In this document: piece by piece, positions 49,430-58,739 of the stretch
Position numbering within the stretch: position 1 is the first letter of the stretch
Layout of the letters: every line of letters starts with the position of its first letter
Origin: Bacteroides sp.
GTDB taxonomy: Bacteria > Bacteroidota > Bacteroidia > Bacteroidales > GCA-2748055
Direction: 5' to 3'
DNA: 64,000 bases
Assembly (NCBI GenBank): GCA_011056635.1
Contig: DSEO01000152.1
Span: forward strand, 330-64,329
Translations under genes and position numbers: made by a program
Notes under the pieces: generated by a model
The model's input: the letters and a program-made list of their open reading frames with translations, nothing else
The model's database searches: none
Told to the model about the DNA's origin: nothing

Positions 49430-50770
49430 ATGAAAAGAAAGAATATCATCATTATCGGAGCAGCAGGCAGGGATTTCCACAATTTCAACACTTTTTTCAG
49501 GGACGTGGAAGCGTACGATGTAGTTGCCTTTACAGCAGCGCAAATCCCTGATATCGAAGGAAGAAAATACCCGGCAGAACTGGCGGGTAAATTGTATCCG
49601 GAAGGGATCCCCATTTACGGTGAGGAGGAGCTGCCCGAACTGATCCGCAAACTGGATGTGAAGACCTGTGTATTCTCCTACAGCGACCTTCCTTACCAGA
49701 AAGTGATGAATATCAGTGCAGTGGTAAATGCCGCTGGGGCCAACTTCGCATTGCTTGGTACCAAAGACACCATGATCAAGAGTTCAAAGCCGGTTGTTGC
49801 CGTTTGCGCAGTCAGGACAGGCTGCGGGAAAAGCCAGACTTCCAGGAGGGTGATCGAACATCTCATGGAACGGGGATTGAAAGTTGTGGCCGTCAGGCAT
49901 CCCATGCCCTACGGAGACCTTGTAGCACAAAAAGTTCAGCGGTATGCCGTCATCGAGGACCTGAAAAAACACAAATGCACCATTGAAGAGATGGAGGAGT
50001 ATGAACCCCATGTGGTGCGTGGCAATGTGATCTATGCAGGCGTGGATTATGAAGCCATCATCCGTGCCGCGGAAAATGATCCTGACGGCTGTGACGTGGT
50101 GGTATGGGACGGCGGGAACAATGATTTTTCCTTCTACGTGCCTGACCTGACCATCGGGGTTACCGATCCCCACAGGGCGGGACATGAACTCAGTTATTAT
50201 CCCGGTGAGGTGGTGCTGAGAACCGCGGATATCGTGGTAATCAATAAAATTGACACGGCTTCGCCTGAAGGTGTCCAGACCGTTCGTGAAAGCATTGAAA
50301 AAGTGAATCCCGGTGCCGCGGTGATCGATGGCGCATCGCCCATCAGGGTGGACCATCCCGAAATGATCAAAGGGAAAAGGGTGCTGGTGGTCGAAGACGG
50401 ACCGACCCTTACCCACGGGGAAATGAAGATCGGTGCCGGGGTGGTGGCTGCCCGTAAATACGGGGCTGCTGAACTGGTGGATCCGAGGCCATTTACCGTG
50501 GGACGTCTGACCGAGACCTTCAAAATATACCCTGAGATCGGTACCCTGCTGCCCGCCATGGGTTACGGGGAGCAGCAGCTGAAGGACCTGGAAGCCACCA
50601 TCAACAGTACAGACTGCGATACGGTGGTGATCGGCACCCCCATTGACCTGAGCCGGATCATCCACATCCGGAAGCCTGTCACCAGGGTTTACTATGACCT
50701 CCAGGAGATCGGGGAACCAACCCTGGCCACGCTGCTTGATGAATTCATTGAGAAACACGGCCTGGCCTGA
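49430..50770 (+). CDS. cyclic 2,3-diphosphoglycerate synthase homolog (P-loop protein)
   Basis: N-terminus KNIIIIGAAGRDFHNFNTFFRD and P-loop AVRTGCGKSQTS resemble the family annotated as cDPG synthetase. About 446 aa. Confidence 0.6.
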   Translation: MKRKNIIIIGAAGRDFHNFNTFFRDVEAYDVVAFTAAQIPDIEGRKYPAELAGKLYPEGIPIYGEEELPELIRKLDVKTCVFSYSDLPYQKVMNISAVVNAAGANFALLGTKDTMIKSSKPVVAVCAVRTGCGKSQTSRRVIEHLMERGLKVVAVRHPMPYGDLVAQKVQRYAVIEDLKKHKCTIEEMEEYEPHVVRGNVIYAGVDYEAIIRAAENDPDGCDVVVWDGGNNDFSFYVPDLTIGVTDPHRAGHELSYYPGEVVLRTADIVVINKIDTASPEGVQTVRESIEKVNPGAAVIDGASPIRVDHPEMIKGKRVLVVEDGPTLTHGEMKIGAGVVAARKYGAAELVDPRPFTVGRLTETFKIYPEIGTLLPAMGYGEQQLKDLEATINSTDCDTVVIGTPIDLSRIIHIRKPVTRVYYDLQEIGEPTLATLLDEFIEKHGLA

Positions 50771-50837
50771 TCCCCGGATCCGGGTTCAGGAACCCGGACT
50801 TCTCGGACTGCAGTCACTGGTTCCTGCCGCAGGACGG

Positions 50838-51428
50838 ATGCGATTCCGTCCCCTCTTCGCGGGAATGTGCTTTCTTGTCCTTTGCTGTTGCCTTTCCTGC
50901 AGTTACCCGGACCCTCCCATGGTGGTCATCCGGACGGAAATGGGTGACATTACCGTGGAGATATATACCCGGGAGGCACCCGTCACAGGATCCAATTTCC
51001 TGTCACTCGCAGAAAAGGGGGTATACGCGGGTGCCCTTTTCTACCGGGTGGTCCGGACCGGCAATCAGCCAGGGAACCCTGTCAAAATCCAGGTGGTCCA
51101 GGGTGGGTTATACCATGATTCCCTGGTGGCGGCCTTTCCTCCCATTGGCCATGAGACCACTGAGATAACCGGGATCATGCACACCGACGGGGTGATTTCC
51201 ATGGCCCGGAATGAGCCCGGGACCGCCTCCACAGAATTTTTCATCTGCATCGGTGACCAGCCGGAGCTTGATTTCGGGGGTGCTCGCAATCCCGACGGCC
51301 AGGGATTTGCTGCATTCGGAAAGGTGGTTTCGGGAATGGCTGTGGTCAGGGCCATCCAGGCATTGCCCGACAGCGGCCAGATGCTGATCCGGCCGGTCAG
51401 GATCCATCAAATCAGCAGGATCCGCTGA
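50838..51428 (+). CDS. cyclophilin-type peptidyl-prolyl cis-trans isomerase (lipoprotein)
   Basis: Lipobox LCCCLSCSY. GDITVEIY...APVTGSNF, FYRVV, ISMAR and TEFFIC cyclophilin motifs. Confidence 0.85.
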   Translation: MRFRPLFAGMCFLVLCCCLSCSYPDPPMVVIRTEMGDITVEIYTREAPVTGSNFLSLAEKGVYAGALFYRVVRTGNQPGNPVKIQVVQGGLYHDSLVAAFPPIGHETTEITGIMHTDGVISMARNEPGTASTEFFICIGDQPELDFGGARNPDGQGFAAFGKVVSGMAVVRAIQALPDSGQMLIRPVRIHQISRIR

Positions 51429-51491
51429 CCCGCCGGCCAAACCCTGTATGGCTGCTCACCATTGCCCCCAGCAGGCAATAAAAACAGGTTC

Positions 51492-52313
51492 CTATTCACA
51501 TACCCTGTCCACAAATCCGGCACCTGCCGAATCCCAGCAATGCCACTCGGAATCCCCGAATCTCACGGAATCCATCACCCTTCCTTCCACAGTTTCCGTA
51601 TTCCATTCGATCAGAACCAGACGTTCTGCAAGCGAAATGGTGTATGCAGCATCATACAACGCATCGGGAATATATTCCAGCATGATATAGCTGCCCTGCT
51701 GCTCGTGTCCTACTTCCGCATAGGTGTAGGTCAGATCCGCAGCTTCGGATACAAAGTCCTTGTTCCATTCCGCCTGTATGATCTTCACGGTTCCTTCCTT
51801 ATAAAGGTTCCAGGTGGCATGCGTGTGGTCATAACGCACCACCCCGTCGAACCATTTGACTCCTTCTGCCGGAGCGGTGACCGGTGCAATGACCATTTCC
51901 ATGGAAAACTCCTCGTTGTTTAATCTGATCCCGGTCAGCGTTGCGGTGTATTGCTGGTTTCCCCAGGGGAAGTCGAAAGACCACTCCCAGGTATGGTCAC
52001 CCAGGTAAACCGCATCCTGCTGATGGGCATAACCGTAAGCGGCGACTGGCAATGCGAAGGTGACCGTGGTGGCTGCATTCCAGAAGAGTACCGAAAAGTA
52101 AGCATGCAGGAAATTCTCGTAGGTGGCTGCTGTGCTTTTCTGGCCGCCCGGTTGCTGACTGAATTCTGAAAAATCCATGACCAGACTCTCCACAGGAGGC
52201 AGCTCGGGACGGTCCTCCACAGGTTCCCGGTCACATGACGTCCCTGCGAAAAGTAAGGACAGAAAAATGAAACTCGCAGCGACTGATCGGTAATTGATAT
52301 GCTTCTCCATCAT
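51492..52313 (-). CDS. hypothetical lipoprotein
   Basis: Lipobox LLFAGTSCDR. 273 aa. Confidence 0.6.
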   Translation of the reverse strand: MMEKHINYRSVAASFIFLSLLFAGTSCDREPVEDRPELPPVESLVMDFSEFSQQPGGQKSTAATYENFLHAYFSVLFWNAATTVTFALPVAAYGYAHQQDAVYLGDHTWEWSFDFPWGNQQYTATLTGIRLNNEEFSMEMVIAPVTAPAEGVKWFDGVVRYDHTHATWNLYKEGTVKIIQAEWNKDFVSEAADLTYTYAEVGHEQQGSYIMLEYIPDALYDAAYTISLAERLVLIEWNTETVEGRVMDSVRFGDSEWHCWDSAGAGFVDRVCE

Positions 52314-52373
52314 TCCGTACGTATTTTAGGTTTCACATACGGACCAGTATACGCTTATCTCCCCTGAATTGTT

Positions 52374-53045
52374 TCAGGATGATTCCTGCATATGCTCTTC
52401 TGCGGTGACCACCTGGTAGGATTTATCCACGATCAGGTCGGCTTTGGGCTTGAGCGAGGTAACCGCCTGGTGCTCTTTTTCCAGGATGGTCAGCCTGAAA
52501 TCACTCATGGCTTCTTTCAGCCTGATGATCTGGTTGATCTTTGTTTCGTGGTAGGTGAGGTCAATGAACACGCGGAGGTCCAGATCGGGGGCATTGATGG
52601 CATACAACCCGTCAATGATCAGCAGGTCGATCTTGCTGAAATCGGTAAGCAGCTTATCCACCTGCTCGGGGATCAGGTCGATGCACGGGATCATGCATTC
52701 CTGTTCCTCCTTGAAATCCCGGATGGTTTTCCGGATCTTGATCCAGTCATACTCTTCGATGCCGATCTTGTCAAATCCTTTGTTCCTCCTCCATTCCTCC
52801 CTTAGCAGGGGTTGTATCTTATAATAATTATCCGTATGGATAACCTTCACCCGAATATGCTGATCCTTCAAAAGTTTCCCCAGGGCATGTGCCAGTTCGG
52901 ATTTCCCTGAACCCGATTCCCCCGATATCCCCACAATATAACGGTACCGTTCTTCCTTGGTTTTGAGATCCTTTTCGAGATAGGAGTAAATGGTCTGGGC
53001 CGCCTCCTTGTGCATATCATTGATCAGGAGAATATCACCGAGCAT
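52374..53045 (-). CDS. uridine kinase / phosphoribulokinase-family P-loop kinase
   Basis: VGISGESGSGKSELA P-loop, IHTDNYYK and LIIDGLYA. The start overlaps the upstream GH65 gene by 11 nt. Confidence 0.65.
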   Translation of the reverse strand: MLGDILLINDMHKEAAQTIYSYLEKDLKTKEERYRYIVGISGESGSGKSELAHALGKLLKDQHIRVKVIHTDNYYKIQPLLREEWRRNKGFDKIGIEEYDWIKIRKTIRDFKEEQECMIPCIDLIPEQVDKLLTDFSKIDLLIIDGLYAINAPDLDLRVFIDLTYHETKINQIIRLKEAMSDFRLTILEKEHQAVTSLKPKADLIVDKSYQVVTAEEHMQESS

Positions 53046-56000
53046 GGAACATGTTTTTTACGTTTAACATATGTGAAACAGGTTCATCCTGTGTCACTTC
53101 GAAATCAGTTCCGCAAAGATGTACTTTTATTTTTTCCTTTCCTGAGCTTTTGACGGAAATTTTTATCTCCCTTTGGGATATCCGGACATGATAACCGACC
53201 CCTTTGAATAAAAAATTGAATTTCAGACTCTTCCAGTGACCGGGAAGGGACGGCACCAGGGCTGGTTTGTCTCCCCGCAGGTCCATTCCCCCGAAAACAG
53301 CCATCACATCATATACCGTGCCTGCCATAACACCGCAGTGGATCCCTTCCCCCGTCGTACCCCCCTGGATATCCACCAGGTCGCTTCTCAATGCATCCAT
53401 AAACAGTCCCCAGCCGGTTTCCCGCAGACCCATTTCATTGGCGAGCCTGGCATGCACCAGCCTGCTGAGGGTGGAGCCGTGTGAGGTGCGCCGGATGTAA
53501 TAATCATAATTGATCCTGGCGTAATTCTCCGGCAGTGAATATCCCATTTCCCGGATGATCCTCGTTAACTCAGCCTCGCCAAGGTTGTAAAAACACATCA
53601 GGAAATCTGCCTGTTTGGACAGCTTGTAATCATCCGGTGATTTTCCTTCTGCCTTGAGGATGCGGTCCAGCCTGTGAATATCCCCGTAGGCTTGCCTGTA
53701 ATGATCCCAGTCCAGTTCCTCCAGGTCAAAATATCCCCTGAATTGTTCCACCACCCCTTCATCCGAAATGTGCAATGCCAGGTTGTGACGGATCCTGTTC
53801 CACCGGTCCAGGTCCGCTTCTTTCAGTGAAAGGCGGTCAAGGATGGGATCAGACTTACCCGGGGTCAACTCCTCCAGGAGTGCAATTGCCCGGTCCAGGA
53901 TCCAGCTCACCATGATGTTGGTGTAGGCATTGTCCGTCAGGCCTCCCTCTGAAGAATCCGGCAGCTTTTCATGGAACTCATCCGGTCCCATTACTTTATG
54001 AATGTGATACTTCCCGTCAGTTTCATCCGGGACGGACTTGCTCGCCCAGAATTTGCATATATCCAGAAGGAGCTCGGCCCCGAAGGCTTCCATGAACTCC
54101 AGATCGTCCGTGGCTTGATAATATTTGCACAGGTTAAAGGCAATGGCCAGGGAAATGTGGCGCTGAAGAGAGCTGTAATCGTCTCCCCACTCGCCCGACA
54201 GGGGGTTCAGGTGGATCACCTGGGTCTCCTCCCGTCCGTCGCTCCCGCTCTGCCACGGGAACATGGCCCCCTCGTACCCGTGCTCCTTTGCGTAGGCCCT
54301 TGCTGCATCCAGTCTGCGGTAACGGTACATCAGCACCGACCGGGTGACCTCCGGGAAATGAATGTTATAGAGCGGCAACATGTAAAGCTCATCCCAGAAA
54401 ATATGTCCGCGGTATGCCTCCCCGTGCAATCCCCTGGGCGGTATCCCGGAATCCAGTCCCGCATGGTGGGGCGAAGCGGTAACCATCATGTGGAATAGAT
54501 GTAACCGCACCAGACGCTGTGCCTCCCGGTCGCCTCCGATCTCCACATCGATCCTGTCCCAGATCTCCCTCCAGCTCCGTTCAGAACTTTTCATTTCACC
54601 GTCATAGTCCGTCATGCTTTCCACGGTAGCCGAGGCTCGTGCCAGGGGATCTTCCACGCCCGGATCCCTGGAGGTGTAAATGGAGATCAGCTTTTCAAGC
54701 ACGATCCCGCAGTTTTTGCTTCCCTGCAATTCAAAGATGTGTCCGACAAGGCCCCTTCCTGTATGCCCGGTCTGTTTGACGAGGTGATGTTCGTTGTGGA
54801 ATATCCGGTTCCTCGCACACGTGGCGATCATGATATTTGACCGGGTTGTCTTCACAAGCAGTTTCACTCGGTCCTCCGACACTTCCTCCGAAACCGGAGC
54901 GAGGTGTTCCTGGTTGAGATCGTCATAACGTTCCACACCTGCATTCCGGTGATCTCCCCTTATCTCTGACCTGATCTCGATCTTTCCCTCATAATTACAC
55001 GGTGTGACGGTATAACGGATGGCCGCTTTGTGCGGGTCTGACATGCTGGCAAACCGTGAAGAGCTGATCTTTGTTATCCTGCCCCTGTTATCTTCAACCA
55101 CCATCTCCCTGGCCAGCACCCCCTGATGGAAGTGCAGGGTCCGCGTGATGCTTTTGATTCTGAAGGGCGATGCTGCGTCTGTGTCCAACCAGGGGCCGTC
55201 CTCCACCCGGAAGGTGACCGGCAGCCAGTTGGTTGCGTTCACAAAATCCTCATTCTCGATGTCCCTGTCCGCCACCCTGGAAACCAGCCTGTTATAAAGG
55301 CCTGTAATGTACGTGCCCGGGTAATTGACCTTCCCGGCCCGGCTTTCCTCCGGAGCCCCCCTCGTGCCGAAATAACCGTTCCCCACCGCGAGCAATGCTT
55401 CCCTGGACCGTTCCCCGGCAGGCTGGTAATCGTAATACCGGAGCCGCCACCCATCTTCATGAATTCCCTTTTCAAACCAGTTGTTGATCTCTTCCAGGCT
55501 GATCTCTCCCAGGTCTTCCACCACGATATCACCCCCGCCAACCAGTAACTCCCTGATATTATCTTCCCTGGCCACGCCCAGTACCAGTCCGAAATTTCCC
55601 TTCTTCCCGGCCTGTACACCGGAGACTGCATCCTCCACCACAACCGACCGGTGGTATTCCACACCAAGCCTGTCACAGGCGGTGGTGAAGATATCGGGTT
55701 CAGGTTTCCCCTTCAGACCGATCTCTGCAGATACGACGCCGTCCACACGGGTCTCGAACAGATATTCAAGCCCTGCCTTTTCCAGAACCGGCCTGCAATT
55801 CATGCTGGAAGAAGCCACACCGATCCGGACGCCTGCTGCTTTCAAAGCGCGGATCAGGGATACGGAGGTCTCGTATACCTCCACCCCACTTTCCTCCAGC
55901 ACCTGGTTGAACATCATGTTTTTCCTGTTCCCCAGCCCGCATATGGTTTCCTCTGCGGGATCATCTTCCGGTGCTCCCTCCGGGATCTCAATTCCCCTTG

Positions 56001-56226
56001 ATTCCAGGAAAGAGGCAACTCCTTTGTACCTGGGTTTCCCATCCACATAGGGAAGGTAATCACCCGAATGGGTGAATTCCCGAAATGGCTCCGCAAACCT
56101 TTCCTCCCTTGATTTCAGATAGTCATCAAACATCTTTTTCCATGCGGCGGCATGGACCAGGGCAGTCCTGGTAATCACTCCGTCCAGGTCAAAAATAACC
56201 GCATCGAATTTGGGTTGAAAAGCCAT
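53035..56226 (-). CDS. beta-phosphoglucomutase (HAD) :: glycoside hydrolase family 65 phosphorylase fusion
   Basis: N-terminal AVIFDLDGVITRT with VVEDAVSGVQAG (beta-PGM/HAD). The C-terminal ~800 aa carry GH65-like motifs (GHIFWDELYMLP, MFPWQSGSDGREETQ, VMGPDEFHE). Confidence 0.85.
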   Translation of the reverse strand: MAFQPKFDAVIFDLDGVITRTALVHAAAWKKMFDDYLKSREERFAEPFREFTHSGDYLPYVDGKPRYKGVASFLESRGIEIPEGAPEDDPAEETICGLGNRKNMMFNQVLEESGVEVYETSVSLIRALKAAGVRIGVASSSMNCRPVLEKAGLEYLFETRVDGVVSAEIGLKGKPEPDIFTTACDRLGVEYHRSVVVEDAVSGVQAGKKGNFGLVLGVAREDNIRELLVGGGDIVVEDLGEISLEEINNWFEKGIHEDGWRLRYYDYQPAGERSREALLAVGNGYFGTRGAPEESRAGKVNYPGTYITGLYNRLVSRVADRDIENEDFVNATNWLPVTFRVEDGPWLDTDAASPFRIKSITRTLHFHQGVLAREMVVEDNRGRITKISSSRFASMSDPHKAAIRYTVTPCNYEGKIEIRSEIRGDHRNAGVERYDDLNQEHLAPVSEEVSEDRVKLLVKTTRSNIMIATCARNRIFHNEHHLVKQTGHTGRGLVGHIFELQGSKNCGIVLEKLISIYTSRDPGVEDPLARASATVESMTDYDGEMKSSERSWREIWDRIDVEIGGDREAQRLVRLHLFHMMVTASPHHAGLDSGIPPRGLHGEAYRGHIFWDELYMLPLYNIHFPEVTRSVLMYRYRRLDAARAYAKEHGYEGAMFPWQSGSDGREETQVIHLNPLSGEWGDDYSSLQRHISLAIAFNLCKYYQATDDLEFMEAFGAELLLDICKFWASKSVPDETDGKYHIHKVMGPDEFHEKLPDSSEGGLTDNAYTNIMVSWILDRAIALLEELTPGKSDPILDRLSLKEADLDRWNRIRHNLALHISDEGVVEQFRGYFDLEELDWDHYRQAYGDIHRLDRILKAEGKSPDDYKLSKQADFLMCFYNLGEAELTRIIREMGYSLPENYARINYDYYIRRTSHGSTLSRLVHARLANEMGLRETGWGLFMDALRSDLVDIQGGTTGEGIHCGVMAGTVYDVMAVFGGMDLRGDKPALVPSLPGHWKSLKFNFLFKGVGYHVRISQREIKISVKSSGKEKIKVHLCGTDFEVTQDEPVSHMLNVKNMFHAR

Positions 56227-56311
56227 TTTGCGTACATTAAGAGTTTAATCGTTTTCAAGGTAATTAATTATCCAAAAGCTTTCAAATTATCGGAGAGAAA
56301 AGATCAAACCC

Positions 56312-58528
56312 ATGAAAAGGCTCATTTTAGCGTCCAATCTGCTTCCGGTACATATCACTCCGCGGGATGGAGAATATGTTATTGAAAAATCAGACGAACA
56401 GACCATTTCGGGTTTGCAAAATTTCTATGAAACTAACTTTCCGAGGTGGGTGGGAATGACAGGGCTGGAAAACCATGAATTCACCCCCGGGGAAATCGAA
56501 CTGCTGGAGAGCAAACTGGACCGGTTCAACTGTGTGCCGCTTTTCCCTGCGGTCCGTGACCATAACCTGTACCTGCATGGATTCGCCCGGAACACCCTGT
56601 GGCCCCTGTTTCATTACTTTACGGAAAATGTGGTGTACAACGAGGATTCCTGGAAAGCCTATGTGAAAATCAACAGGCTCTTTGCGGAAAAGATCCTTCA
56701 GCTGGTTAATGACGGTGATATCCTGTGGATCCATGACTATCACCTGATGCTTGTGCCGCAGATGATCAGGGAGCAGAAACCGGGTATATCCATCGGACTG
56801 TTCATTCATGTGCCCTTTCCTTCCTTCGAATTGTTCAGGCTGCTTCCCTGGTGCCAGGAAGTCATCGAGGGAATGCTCGGAGCCGATCTGATCGGTTTTC
56901 AGACCTATGACCATGTCAGGCATTTTATGAGTTCGGTGAGGCGGCTGACCGGGGTCGATTCCATTTTCAACCGGATCACCATGGGGGAAAGGACCATGAA
57001 GGTGGATGTTTTCCCCAAGGGGATCAATTACGAACGTTTCAGGAAAAAGACCCTCATGCTTCACAGTGACGAAGCCTCTCCTTCCCGGATCAAGGAAGAA
57101 ATGGAAATATTCAAAAGATCCGGAAACCTGGAAAAGCTGATCCTTTCCATCGACAAGCTGGACTATACAAAGGGCATCCCTCAAAGGCTCAGGGCATTTG
57201 AAAGGTTCCTGCAAACCAATCCCGATTACCTGGGAAAAGTGAGCATGATCGTACAGGCCATCCCCTCGGGAGAAACCAGTGAATCCTTCTTCAACCTGAA
57301 GAGCAAGGTGGATGAACTGGTGGGAAGGATCAACGGGAATTACGGGACCATCAACTGGACCCCGGTCAGGTACCTGAACCAGGTATTCACCATGGATGAG
57401 CGCATTGATCTCTATTCCCTGTCGGACATCGCCCTGATCCTGCCACTGCGCGACGGGATGAACCTGGTTGCCAAAGAGTTTGTTGCTTCCCGGCACGATG
57501 GCAGGGGAGTGCTTATTCTGAGCGAACTGGCCGGAGCTTCCAAGGAACTGCATGAAGCCATCCTGGTCAATCCCAACAACCTGGATGCCATAGCGGAGGC
57601 CATTAAGACAGCTATCGAGATGCCAGGGGAAGAGCAGGTACGCCGGAACCGGGTGATGATGCAGCGGCTGGAGCGCTATACGGTGGAACGGTGGGCCCAC
57701 GAATTCGTAAACAGCCTGGAAGGCGTCAAGGAATTGCAGGAGGTTTCACTTACCAGGAAGATCAACATCACACACATGCGGCAGATTGTTGGCGCATACA
57801 TGGAAGCAACAAAACGCATCCTCTTTTTGGATTATGACGGAACCCTCTCCTGGTTTGTCAAGAATCCCGAAGATGCTAAACCGGATAAAGCGCTTTATGC
57901 GATCCTCGAAGATCTGACCCGGGATGAGAAAAATACGGTGGTGATCATCAGCGGAAGGGATAAGGAGACCCTGGGAAGGTGGTTTGATAACGGCTGGAAT
58001 ATTCATTTTATCGCGGAGCACGGAGTCTGGTTGCGTGAACCGGGAGGTGAGTGGCACATGATGGAGCAGATCGATAACGCATGGAAGGAGTCGGTTCAGC
58101 CCCTGCTGGAATATTATGTGGATCAAACACCCAGGAGTTTTATAGAGCATAAGAACTTCTCCCTGGTCTGGCATTACAGAGATGCAGACCCGGACCTGGG
58201 GATGCAAAGGGCCTGGGAACTGAAGGATGAACTCCGGACACTCACCTCCAACCTGCACCTGGAGGTGATGGATGGAGATAAAGTACTGGAGATCAAATAC
58301 GCGGGGATCAACAAGGGAAGGGCAGCGCTGCAGAAGATGGGCACAAACACCTATGATTTCATCTTTGCGGTGGGAGATGACTGGACCGATGAATATACCT
58401 TCGATGCCATGCCGGAGAATGCCTATACCATCAAAGTAGGCGCCAGGACCACGAAAGCATCCTATTATATTGAAAGCGTGGACATGGTCAGGGACCTGCT
58501 GTCGCGCTTTAAGTCCGGACAGGATTGA
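56312..58528 (+). CDS. otsA: bifunctional trehalose-6-phosphate synthase (GT20) / trehalose-6-phosphate phosphatase
   Basis: GT20 motifs (LWIHDYHLML, LILPLRDGMNLVAKEF) followed by HAD motif ILFLDYDGTL and a GDDWTDE phosphatase domain. Confidence 0.9.
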   Translation: MKRLILASNLLPVHITPRDGEYVIEKSDEQTISGLQNFYETNFPRWVGMTGLENHEFTPGEIELLESKLDRFNCVPLFPAVRDHNLYLHGFARNTLWPLFHYFTENVVYNEDSWKAYVKINRLFAEKILQLVNDGDILWIHDYHLMLVPQMIREQKPGISIGLFIHVPFPSFELFRLLPWCQEVIEGMLGADLIGFQTYDHVRHFMSSVRRLTGVDSIFNRITMGERTMKVDVFPKGINYERFRKKTLMLHSDEASPSRIKEEMEIFKRSGNLEKLILSIDKLDYTKGIPQRLRAFERFLQTNPDYLGKVSMIVQAIPSGETSESFFNLKSKVDELVGRINGNYGTINWTPVRYLNQVFTMDERIDLYSLSDIALILPLRDGMNLVAKEFVASRHDGRGVLILSELAGASKELHEAILVNPNNLDAIAEAIKTAIEMPGEEQVRRNRVMMQRLERYTVERWAHEFVNSLEGVKELQEVSLTRKINITHMRQIVGAYMEATKRILFLDYDGTLSWFVKNPEDAKPDKALYAILEDLTRDEKNTVVIISGRDKETLGRWFDNGWNIHFIAEHGVWLREPGGEWHMMEQIDNAWKESVQPLLEYYVDQTPRSFIEHKNFSLVWHYRDADPDLGMQRAWELKDELRTLTSNLHLEVMDGDKVLEIKYAGINKGRAALQKMGTNTYDFIFAVGDDWTDEYTFDAMPENAYTIKVGARTTKASYYIESVDMVRDLLSRFKSGQD

Positions 58529-58739
58529 TCCCAGGATCCTGTAAATCAACGTGATATTTCATTGTTCAATGCATGTTCAGAAAAAAAATGTGACTTTTCA
58601 ATTTTTTTTCGTCAAAGTGAATAAATAAAGTATGCATCAGTGATTATCATATTAAAAAATAGCATAGCATTGCATCATTCTTTGAACCAATTTTTATATA
58701 AAAAGCGAATCACTTTAAATACCGCAGTTTCATAGAGAA

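Noticed and set aside
51455-51480. Hairpin ATTGCC-N7-GGCAAT between the convergent PPIase and lipoprotein genes, as a possible bidirectional terminator.
   Set aside because: It has only a 6-bp stem, and no U-run follows the hairpin when it is read as either gene's transcript. That is too weak to call.
58529-58739. Lysine riboswitch (L-box) or other leader upstream of the lysine 2,3-aminomutase. Also an A/T-only hairpin, GAAAAAAAA (58580-58588) pairing with TTTTTTTTC (58602-58610).
   Set aside because: The region is very AT-rich and lacks the GC-rich conserved helices of an L-box. The A/T hairpin is thermodynamically weak and may be only a low-complexity coincidence or a weak otsA terminator.
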